From Patescibacteria group bacterium (GTDB lineage Bacteria > Patescibacteriota > Patescibacteriia > UBA1558 > S5-K13): a DNA stretch of 64,000 nt. The notes under the pieces are model-generated. The model saw only the letters and a program-made list of their open reading frames with translations. It searched no databases and was not told where the DNA came from. How positions within the stretch are numbered: position 1 is the first letter of the stretch; the number at the start of each line of letters is the position of its first letter. A program made the position numbers and the translations under genes. Positions 32,035 to 41,010 of this stretch are shown here, piece after piece. The DNA lies in NCBI GenBank assembly GCA_028692545.1, contig JAQUXC010000001.1:1365-65364 (forward strand), given 5' to 3'.

Positions 32035-34493
32035 ATGAATAGTTTTGAAAAAGGAAATCTAGCTCAGAATCTGGACAATTCAACAAGTTTAGAATTTGAA
32101 GAAAAATCAGAAGATTTTGTAATTGATCAAAAAGAAAATCAACAAGAAGAATTGATGAGTCTTTTGAATATAAATAAGGTAGAATTACAAATTATGATTT
32201 TAGAGTTAGAGGGTTATCTAAGTCAAGTAAATTTTGTACAACATTTGAAATTTAATTCTAGAGTTAAGAAGGGTTTTTTAAGTAATAACATTTTTAAGAA
32301 AGGAAAAGAAATTTTAGAAAGCAATATCCTTGAATCAAAAACGAGCATTAAAAGACCTTCTTCAAAAATAAGCTCAGATATTATTAGAGAATTAGATATA
32401 ATTAAAAAGATTTTTAATTTTAACGTATTAGATGTAGATCCGACAGCTCTAAATTTTTTATTGAAAGCTTTACAAGAAAATGATCTAGATAGAGTTTCTA
32501 AAATATTTAAATCTGGTAATGAATATGGAGTTGGGGGGCTAAATAAGGAATTTATTTTAGATGTAGATGAAAAAAGTGAGAATAAACTTTTAGAAATTGA
32601 AGATTTGTCGAAAGATAAAAAGCTTATATCAGATTTTTATAAATTATATGGAAACATTGTTATATCTGTAGATAATTATATAAATAGATTATCCGACTAT
32701 TGCAAAAAATTTACTTTAGAAGATTTAGATAAGGATAAATTAAAAGAAATAATTTTTAAGGATTTGCATGGTTCAGTTGATGAGGTTATGGAAATTTTAA
32801 TGACTACTAAGGAAAAATCAGATCAGTCCAAAAAAATTAAATATATATTAGAAGAGTTGAGCAATAAATTTATTAAAAGAAAAACAGTAACAAAACATTT
32901 TTTGGCTATTTTTATTGATTCAGTTAATATGAAAAATCCAAAAGATGATAAAAGTAAACTTTTTTTTGAGAGATTAAAATTAAATATGGAAAGAGTTATT
33001 CTTGATGAAAGTGTTGTTGATTTGCCAATAAACTTTAATCAAGAAATAGAGCATGATATAAGAGAATATAAACCAGAAATTAAAAATCCTCATAAAAAAC
33101 AAGTTTATATACCTATGGGTGTTTCTAGTGATATGGGATTTGTAGCAAATGACAAGCCACTTGAAGCTTTAAAAACCTTATTATGGGCTCAAAACCAAAA
33201 TACAGATATTAAATTTAGAGTAATAGACTCAATTCAAGAAAATAATTATAGAGCTCTCGGGATAGATGAAGACAGTGCAAATAGTATGTCAAGACGCAAA
33301 GGATTTGTAGATAGAGAGTGGTATGAAGAATATAACAAAGGTCTTAAATTATCAAATGATATACTTGGTTATGAAGGTAGATCTAGATTTGATGATGAAA
33401 ATAAATATTTAGATGATTTATGTGACAGAGATAAGTCTTTTCAATCTTGTTTTAATACTATGATTGAACCAAAATTATTTGAAAGAGCAAAAGAAAAAAT
33501 CCACAATTAAGTGAAGAGGAAATTATGGATATATTATCTGGCTATCCAAAAGAAGAAGTCGCTTTTATACTTGGCTATAATGGACTCAAAATAGGTCATG
33601 AAAAAGAATTTAGATATGATATTTTAGCTAAAATAATTAGTGTTTATAAATTACTAAAAGAACATAAAGATGAGATAAGAGAGATTATTAAGACAAGCCC
33701 AGAAAGAGAAAATTATGATCCAAAATCTATAATAAGAGATTCAGATAGGTACATTAAAGATCTAAGTGTATTTTTGGGATCTTTAGAAGGACTAAGTGAA
33801 GAATACAAACAGATGCTTATTCAACTTTCTGAATTAGAAATAAAAGAGCCTCATCAAAAAGAGCAAATAGCAATATTGAAAAAGTCTATAAAAGAATATT
33901 TAAAAACAAATCCTAACGATAATAATACAAAAATTAATTTGAATAAATTCAAGGGTGCTGGATTATTTCAGTGGGAGCAAAGATATATTTTGAATTCATA
34001 TTCTGGTATAGCAAAACAAATAAAGAACAAAAAATGGTATGATGATTCAAAATTTCCAGAGTTTTATTATATACAAGATGCTGGAAAAAGTTTTGGTGTC
34101 AAAGATGAAGACAATGATTATTTTGATTTTAGGGAATTTTATTCTTCTTATAAAGAGGATATTAGTCCAGAAGATTTAAATCAAATAGTGTCAAAAAGCG
34201 GTTGGCAATCTTTTGCAACGTTTTTTGCATTAAATAGAGAAACACAGACTAAATATTTTAATAGTCAAATAAAACCACTTTTAGAAAATTATTATTTGGC
34301 GACATCTATTAATAAGAATCAAGCTATTGAGAGATACAAAAAAGATTCTAAAAATTTTTCTACTTTTTTCGATGTGATATTATTTATACAAAAAAATATA
34401 ATTTCAAAATCTTATTATGACTCAGCTCACGGAGACAAGAATTTTATAGATAATAGAAATAGTTATGATTTTGATGGAGAAATTTTATTATAA
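32035..34493 (+). pseudogene. Large hypothetical protein split by a 1-nt frameshift (ORFs 32035-33510 and 33525-34493)
   Basis: Adding one A to the A6 run at about 33494-33499 gives the continuous reading AKEKNPQLSEEEIMDILSGY. Confidence 0.55.
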
Positions 34494-34557
34494 TTTTGAA
34501 TTGTGAATAAAAATAAAAACCGCCTCGCTAAGTGAGGCGGTTTTTATAAAGATTATT

Positions 34558-35310
34558 TTATTCTTTTGCGTTTTTCCAAACTATTTCAAATATAGATTTT
34601 TGGGTTTTGTATATTTCTTCGTTTTCTATAATTACGCCTATTAATTTTTTGTCAGAAAAAGTCATAAAAGAAACTTTGTTGTCATAAATTTCCATTTCAA
34701 GATACATTGGATATTCTTTTCCATCGATGTATCTGAGTTCTGTAACTTCTTTATCATAATCTTTCATATAATCTCTTGCATATGGAGTATCTGCAAGTAT
34801 AGCACGTTTATAAATTTTTAATTCTTTTCTTTTTGTAATGTATTTGTCATTTGCACGTCCCATGTATTTTTCCATTCCATAAATATCAGCATAGGTTACG
34901 ATTTCTGTTTTTGAAGACAGAGAATCATTGAGGGTTTTTGCAAGTCCGTCTTTTCCTTCATATATTCTTACTCCTGGCTGATTTGAAACAAGGTTAAAGC
35001 TTGATAGTAGCATTGGCATCTGGGAATCAAGAGAAATTTCGGCTTTTTTTACTTCTCTTTCTCTGTTCTCTATATATTCCCTTAGTTTATCTGGGTGATT
35101 TGGGGAAAAAGAGAGGATTTTATTGGTTTTTCCTTGTTTTATAAGTCCTTTTTTTACTAAATCTGATAAGGCATTGTATATAACACCTCTTTTTAATGGG
35201 GTTTTTTTGATAATATCACCTGCTAGTGACTTGCCATTTATAAGCAAATGTTCATATACAATGGCCTCATTTTGAGATAATCCTAACTCTATTAATAGAT
35301 CTTTGTGCAT
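34558..35310 (-). CDS. TrmB-family transcriptional regulator
   Basis: N-terminal wHTH LGLS.NEA.VYE.LL...R...Y..L..L...GL; P.VR.YEG..G; C-terminal PLD-like EIYDNKV....GVIIEN. Confidence 0.88.
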   Translation of the reverse strand: MHKDLLIELGLSQNEAIVYEHLLINGKSLAGDIIKKTPLKRGVIYNALSDLVKKGLIKQGKTNKILSFSPNHPDKLREYIENREREVKKAEISLDSQMPMLLSSFNLVSNQPGVRIYEGKDGLAKTLNDSLSSKTEIVTYADIYGMEKYMGRANDKYITKRKELKIYKRAILADTPYARDYMKDYDKEVTELRYIDGKEYPMYLEMEIYDNKVSFMTFSDKKLIGVIIENEEIYKTQKSIFEIVWKNAKE

Positions 35311-35574
35311 ATGTTTTTGAGTTATCCACAGCTCATATTTAGAGCTATATTTGGAATAATTATTTAAATCTTTACAAAACCCCTTATTTATTGGGTTATG
35401 TTGATATTATACTATTATTTGAAAATAATATCAATTTTATTTGACAAATTTGTAAATAAATTTTATAAGAATATGTTATACAAATATGACAATAATTATA
35501 TATTATAAAAGATAATATAATATAGTAAATATAGGCATTTTATTGTATATTTATATATTACTTATCATAAGTAC

Positions 35575-35603
35575 TTGACAAGTCATTATAGATATGCTAT
35601 GAT
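35575..35603 (+). promoter_or_regulatory. Sigma70 promoter divergent from trmB
   Basis: TTGACA-N17-TATGAT with extended TG. Confidence 0.7.
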
Positions 35604-35609
35604 GATTAA

Positions 35610-36212
35610 TCAAGCTAAAGAAACAAAAAAATAGCTTGAGAAAGAAAGAACTTTAAAAAACTACATAAAAGCCATCTTAATAAACCAAGTGTTTAAAAAG
35701 ATGGTGCAAATAAGCTGATGTTAAGAAATCCTTCAATGCTTGTAAGGGTTTCTAACTAGCTTGTTCGTAGGATGAGGAGATTCCAAAAATGGAGTTAAAC
35801 ACTGATCGAGTTTCGCGAACAAACTTGATAACAGTGTCCTTTCAAGTAAGCCTTGTGTCTTCCCGAATTCTTATAAAAAGAGTCGAAGATCACTGAAAGA
35901 AAGCCACATCACCCGAAATCTTTTTAAGGAGATCGGCTGGGAAGTAAGGAATTAACCACTCTTTGCTCTCAGGAATTTCCTTACAAAGAGTCCCGGGTAA
36001 TAATTCGGGACTTTGTGTTAAAAAATAGACCTTCGAGGTTTTTGAACCTCGAAGGTCTGGGGAAAAATAGTTCTTTGAAAATTCATGTTATGTTATTCAC
36101 CGCTTTTTCTGATTATTGGATTAGTCATAAGAAGCGGTGAATAACCAGTATCTCTATTGTCTCTAACCACTTACTATTTGAAAGAGTAGAAGTTAAGGTG
36201 AGGCAAGGGAGG
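35610..36212 (+). ncRNA. ~600-nt hairpin-array leader/ncRNA with two boxA sites
   Basis: About 10 consecutive stem-loops, boxA-like GAACTTTAAAAA (35648) and GTTCTTTGAAAA (36070), no ORF. Confidence 0.5.
36027..36058. repeat. REP-like hairpin before boxA
   Basis: AGACCTTCGAGGTT-TTTG-AACCTCGAAGGTCT; sister copy at 37055-37090. Confidence 0.7.
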
Positions 36213-36216
36213 AGAT

Positions 36217-36915
36217 ATGAAAAATATTTATTCAACAGTACTTTTTCTGGACAGTCGGTCCAGAGAAATATTTCCGGAGTTTGGGTCTATGACTCAAACT
36301 CTGGAGGGGTTAATTTTTCGACTGGGGATTAAATCTCCGGTTGAGGCTAGGGATTTTTTCCCTAACATCCGGGATGGAGCATTCATTTGTCCTTTCCCAA
36401 CTTTTATACCCCTAGAGGGGTATAATGCCCAGTCTTCGGCCGGGTTTGTAAGGATCGTTGGAGTTAGTTACTCCAACGCAACTCTTCTCGGGGGAATTTT
36501 TTCCGCCGGGAAGGGGTTATTCAAAACAAAGGAGTCCCTTCAGGGACTCCTTCTACCCCCGGAAACCTTATTCCGGTGGGCTGAAACCCATAAAAATCTT
36601 AATTGCAATACGGCAGATGCCGTGTTGGAAGGCTTGTATGCTCGTCAAGGGCATATGGGTCTTTATATAGTGGAGGGTCAGAGCAATTATGCTCGGGCCC
36701 TATACATCCAGCCTCCCAAGGGCTGGAGAGGAGAAATAATTACTTTTCCCTGGGAACACCGGACTGATATATTTGGTCCTGTTCCAACCGAGGTCACTCA
36801 GGAGGACCTACAACCCTCCGAGTCTCCAGACCTCACCTCCTCATCAGAACAAGAATGTCCTCCCGAGGAAGAGGTTTTGGAATTCGAAGTTCCAGAGATC
36901 CTCGTTGAGGATTAA
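36217..36915 (+). CDS. Hypothetical protein, visibly GC-rich, acidic tail (strong-SD class)
   Basis: GGAGG SD; 232-aa ORF. Confidence 0.65.
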   Translation: MKNIYSTVLFLDSRSREIFPEFGSMTQTLEGLIFRLGIKSPVEARDFFPNIRDGAFICPFPTFIPLEGYNAQSSAGFVRIVGVSYSNATLLGGIFSAGKGLFKTKESLQGLLLPPETLFRWAETHKNLNCNTADAVLEGLYARQGHMGLYIVEGQSNYARALYIQPPKGWRGEIITFPWEHRTDIFGPVPTEVTQEDLQPSESPDLTSSSEQECPPEEEVLEFEVPEILVED

Positions 36916-37054
36916 TTCCGGAAAAGTCAGTTTGTAAATTCTGACTTAAAACAAAAATTTATATGCGGTTATGGGAAGCGTGTTTGGTTACCGCTTCCCT
37001 CCTTTAATCAAATTGTTATTGAAAAATAATGGTTTGATATTGAGGATTATAAAA

Positions 37055-37107
37055 ATCAACCTCCGAGGTTTTTAAACCTCGGAGGTTGATAGATAGCTCT
37101 TTAACAA
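37055..37107 (+). promoter_or_regulatory. Hairpin plus consensus boxA antitermination site
   Basis: ATCAACCTCCGAGGTT-TTTA-AACCTCGGAGGTTGAT then GCTCTTTAACAA (37096-37107), identical to the E. coli rrn boxA core. Confidence 0.65.
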
Positions 37108-37325
37108 AATCTTAATAATATTTATTTGGCGCAGAACTTATTATTTATTATGTTCGCGCAAATAAATGATAATCCTATTTTATTTTAGGATAGTTTTATT
37201 ATGCAGAACTTATAGGACTTTTATATCTAATAATTTTTATACTTGGTCGTATAATTATTGTTGAATACAAAGGGCTTCTGCGTCGAAACAAATATTATTA
37301 AGAAAAAATTATCCATGGAGGAAAA

Positions 37326-37577
37326 ATGAAAAATCTATATCGTCAGGAGTGGGTGGAATCCAATCGCGACATGGGATGTCAGTGTGACGGATATTCTCTT
37401 CATTTAAGCAAAGAGGATGCTGCGGAATTTATTGGGGCATATTGGGACAATATGCCCGACAATGCCCCACAGACCTATTCACGCCCAGAAGGCGTGCCAC
37501 AACTTATTGAGGTTGATGAAGAAATCTATACCAAGATTTCAAAATCAAAATTTGGCGTTCGATTTTGGGAGCGCTAA
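37326..37577 (+). CDS. Small hypothetical protein (strong-SD class)
   Basis: GGAGG SD; W.ES.R..G...DG.SLH...Y.RP.G pattern reminiscent of small phage/mobilome proteins (from memory, unverified). Confidence 0.7.
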   Translation: MKNLYRQEWVESNRDMGCQCDGYSLHLSKEDAAEFIGAYWDNMPDNAPQTYSRPEGVPQLIEVDEEIYTKISKSKFGVRFWER

Positions 37578-37595
37578 AAATCAAAAGGAGGAAAA

Positions 37596-37886
37596 ATGCA
37601 AAGAATTTTCTTTTTTCTGGGAGAGTTGAAGTTTCAGCTTTCTCAAGTCCCACTCTTAGTGACATACGTTATCATTACTATGATAGCGGTGCCAATGTCA
37701 TTTCCCCCTTGCATGTTGGTTCAGGGGATTTCTCTTACTTCAATTGGAGTTGAGGAATGGCAAAAAATTTTGTCATTTTTTATTCAATTTGAAGTTTCTT
37801 GTTTATTTTTACTAATACTCTGGCTTGTTTGGAGTATAGTAAAGACAATTAAATCTCTCAAACAGATGAATTCTGCGAGAGAGTGA
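37596..37886 (+). CDS. Small membrane protein (strong-SD class)
   Basis: AAGGAGG SD; two TM segments. Confidence 0.6.
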   Translation: MQRIFFFLGELKFQLSQVPLLVTYVIITMIAVPMSFPPCMLVQGISLTSIGVEEWQKILSFFIQFEVSCLFLLILWLVWSIVKTIKSLKQMNSARE

Positions 37887-37973
37887 ATTTACAAGAACTA
37901 AAAGGAGGAAAGATGAAATCAATTAAAAGCTCTGATAATACAATCAGGGCTTTTTACTTTAATAAATTTTTAA

Positions 37974-38029
37974 TTGACAATATCATTGTTATATGTTATA
38001 ATTTTATAGTTCAATTAGTCCTTTAATAA
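37974..38029 (+). promoter_or_regulatory. Consensus sigma70 promoter plus boxA-like site
   Basis: TTGACA-N17-TATAAT (37974-38002), GTCCTTTAATAA (38018-38029). Confidence 0.7.
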
Positions 38030-38132
38030 TTGAAAAGTGACGGCCGATGTCACTATAAATAAAGATTGGGGAAAATCCTACCAGAAAGGGTAAAAAATAC
38101 GCCCGCGACTTTGGGTAAAAAAGGAGGATACA

Positions 38133-38906
38133 ATGAAAGGTATCCAAAATAGTCAGAAATTCTCGTTAGAGAAATTTCAATCCCATAACTTAAAGGTTTC
38201 GATGGAACAAATAATTGGCCTTAATAATGGTCAATGTGTCGCAATATTCTATCATAAACCTTACTACTCACGGCCTAGTTACAATGTAGCCCAGTCTGAT
38301 CAAGATATTCATCAACTTTATGAGGGTCAGACTACCCAACACACGGGAACAGTAAGAAACGAAGTTTTGGTAATAAAAGAGATTGCCAAAAAGATTGTGT
38401 TGACTGAAGACAAGATATATTGCGGTTCTATAACTGGACTCGCGACGCTTATTGATGTATTTCAGAAGCAGTCCGGGGAGTTTTTTATTGAGGATAATCT
38501 GTGGACCAGTTGGAACAATTCTCAAGAATGGAATGAATCAATAAAGGATTTTTCCTTTAGAAGATTTGAGGTGGGGTCTGGTACGGAACTAGACAAGTAT
38601 AACCAAATGGGCATAGAAAAAATGGAGGAACGGAAAAATTTTTTCCAAAAGACTATGTCTGATGCTATTTCATTGGGAATATCCAAAGATAGAGCTCTTC
38701 AAATCGTGACGAATAATAATGTCACGGTTTTAGAAGCAGTTACTCAATTGGTATTCAAGGATGTTCCTAAAAAGGACGCTCGGAAAATAGCAAATAAAGC
38801 AAGTGCATGGAGCTATGCACAAGTGATTCTTGGGTATGATCCCAAGATCATAACTGGAAAATTCGAAAATTTAATTTCTGCGTGCCGAGAGTACGCAAAT
38901 TTATAA
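38133..38906 (+). CDS. Hypothetical protein (strong-SD class)
   Basis: AAGGAGG SD; 257-aa ORF; terminator-like hairpin at about 38918-38965. Confidence 0.7.
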   Translation: MKGIQNSQKFSLEKFQSHNLKVSMEQIIGLNNGQCVAIFYHKPYYSRPSYNVAQSDQDIHQLYEGQTTQHTGTVRNEVLVIKEIAKKIVLTEDKIYCGSITGLATLIDVFQKQSGEFFIEDNLWTSWNNSQEWNESIKDFSFRRFEVGSGTELDKYNQMGIEKMEERKNFFQKTMSDAISLGISKDRALQIVTNNNVTVLEAVTQLVFKDVPKKDARKIANKASAWSYAQVILGYDPKIITGKFENLISACREYANL

Positions 38907-39062
38907 TAATATTATTCTGGGGATATGTATCACCTATACAATATTGATACACTTCCCCTTTTTTATTCCAAAAAATTTTTAATTTATAATTAAAATTGCC
39001 TTTCAAATTATAATTTGATATATTTGTATATGATTTACTTAATTTATTATTAATATTTTTTT

Positions 39063-40046
39063 ATGTTAAAAACTGCAGTTATTGGTCCTGGAAGATGGGG
39101 TACTACAAATGCTTGGATATTATCTGATATTAGTGAAAAGGTTTATGTATTTGGTGAAAGTGATGACAAAGATTTGATAAATTTAAAAGAAAAAAGAGAA
39201 AATGATTATATAAAATTGAAAGACAATATAGCATTGTCATCTGATATAAATGAAGTCCTAAATTATGCAAGTGATTTTGTCTGTGTTGTAATAAACGGAC
39301 AAAATACAAGAGAATTTTTTGAAAAATACAAAAATGAATTTTTAAATTACAAAGGTGATGTAGTATTGATGATGAAATCTCTTGAAAAAGAAACTGGCAT
39401 GAGACTTTCCAAAATTTATGAAGAAGTCACAGGACGTAGCGACAATTTGGCAGTTTTGGTTGGCCCTGCTCATCCACAAGATTTGGTAAATGGACTTCCA
39501 ACTGCAATGGTTGTCTCAGGTACAAATCAAGAAGTAATAAATCGTATTGAAATGAAATTCAATCATCCGCTTTATAGATTGTATTGGAATGAAGATTTAA
39601 TAGGAGTAGAAATTGGTGCAGCACTAAAAAATACAATTGGTATTATGGCTGGAATTTTGTCAGGACTTAACATGGAACCATGTTATGGAATTCTTATAAC
39701 TCGTGGTCCAATAGAAGTTTCAAAAATTATAAAAGCACATGGAGGAGAATTTCATACCCCATTTGGACTTTCGCATTTAGGCGATTATGCTGCGACTGTT
39801 TTTTCTCATTATAGTTTTAATTTTCAATATGGAAAAACATTTGCAATGGGAGAAGATTGGGATAAGAGCAAGGTCGCAGAAGGATCTGAGACTATTTTAG
39901 CAGTAAAAGAATTAACCGGAGATTTCAAAAAAATAGATGCTCCAATTCACAGAGCACTTTATAATATTTTGTATAATAGTGGAGATGTAAAAAAAGAATT
40001 GAGAGTATTGTTTGAAAAATCCAAAAGACATGAGTTTTGGGATTGA
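39063..40046 (+). CDS. gpsA: NAD(P)H-dependent glycerol-3-phosphate dehydrogenase
   Basis: VIGPGRWGT, K.LE..TG.RLS, GP.H, D..GVEIGAALKN, RG..E, GL..LGD, AEG. Confidence 0.88.
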   Translation: MLKTAVIGPGRWGTTNAWILSDISEKVYVFGESDDKDLINLKEKRENDYIKLKDNIALSSDINEVLNYASDFVCVVINGQNTREFFEKYKNEFLNYKGDVVLMMKSLEKETGMRLSKIYEEVTGRSDNLAVLVGPAHPQDLVNGLPTAMVVSGTNQEVINRIEMKFNHPLYRLYWNEDLIGVEIGAALKNTIGIMAGILSGLNMEPCYGILITRGPIEVSKIIKAHGGEFHTPFGLSHLGDYAATVFSHYSFNFQYGKTFAMGEDWDKSKVAEGSETILAVKELTGDFKKIDAPIHRALYNILYNSGDVKKELRVLFEKSKRHEFWD

Positions 40047-40120
40047 TATTTTTAAAATAAAAAGAAAAGCCAGATTTTAGAAACCTGGCTTTTTTTGTTG
40101 ATTTGTTTGGTTTATATTGT

Positions 40121-40510
40121 CTAGGGTGATGCAGGAGTATCTGTAGGAATTGTTACATTGGTTTTGTGGTTGTGACATCCTTTTCTTCTGCAGACCATTA
40201 CACTTCCAAATGTATCGTGTTTACCGATAGATTTAAACATTGCAATAGGTGATCCACATGATATGCAATTTTTCCAAAAGTTTGGAATTATTGTTTTGCA
40301 GTGTGGGCAAAACAATTCAACAATTGTACTATTAGGAATTTCTTTTCGAGATATATTTTCAAAGTTACCCCAAATTGCAGATAAATTTAGAAGTGTTTCT
40401 TCTTCATTGAATTTGGCGATGACTTCAATAGTTTCTTGTCCTTGTATCAGGATTTCATTTGTGTTGAGATCCTTTCCACAAGTACTGCAGACGAGTTTTA
40501 CTATTTTCAT
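40121..40510 (-). CDS. Multi-Cys zinc-ribbon protein (strong-SD class)
   Basis: CSTC, FCPHC, CISC, C.RKGC..H; AAGGAGG SD. Confidence 0.7.
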   Translation of the reverse strand: MKIVKLVCSTCGKDLNTNEILIQGQETIEVIAKFNEEETLLNLSAIWGNFENISRKEIPNSTIVELFCPHCKTIIPNFWKNCISCGSPIAMFKSIGKHDTFGSVMVCRRKGCHNHKTNVTIPTDTPASP

Positions 40511-40519
40511 TGTTCCTCC

Positions 40520-40798
40520 TTAACATTTTTTTGTCGTTCTGATTTTGAACTCTTCGCCACTTACAGCACATTTGATAGATGTGAGTGGTTTATTACAATA
40601 TTGACACCGTGGTATAGATTTTAGAACGAGTCCGTTGTTTTTGAGAATTTTTTGTGTTAGGTTTTCGACGGATGTTGTTCTTGATCCATTTCCGATCTGA
40701 GTTCTAAATTTTCCACTCAGTTTGTTGTTGAAGTTTGCGGTGAAGAGTGCTCTTCCACATTTTGGACACATTGGAAGAATATTTTTTTGATCTGGCAT
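40520..40798 (-). CDS. Small zinc-ribbon protein (strong-SD class)
   Basis: CPKC...CQYC; AGGAGG SD. Confidence 0.65.
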   Translation of the reverse strand: MPDQKNILPMCPKCGRALFTANFNNKLSGKFRTQIGNGSRTTSVENLTQKILKNNGLVLKSIPRCQYCNKPLTSIKCAVSGEEFKIRTTKKC

Positions 40799-41010
40799 TT
40801 TACCTCCTACGGTATGTTGTTTTTTATAATTAAAAACCTCGGTTTAATACCGAGACTATAATTTTATATTTTGTATATTTATTAAATAAAATTATGCTCG
40901 GCAACCGAGAGTATAATCAAGGATATAATAATAAACAACTTATTTATTTTTTGTACCCTATATTTTTGTAGTTTTATCTTTCTCATAAAGTAAATATTAT
41001 ACTTGAGTTT

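Noticed and set aside
35610-36212. RNase P RNA, tmRNA, SRP RNA or T-box identity for the hairpin array
   Set aside because: No GAGGAAAGUCC, tRNA-like ends, SRP GGAA-loop motif or T-box sequence recognised by eye. An Infernal search is still needed.
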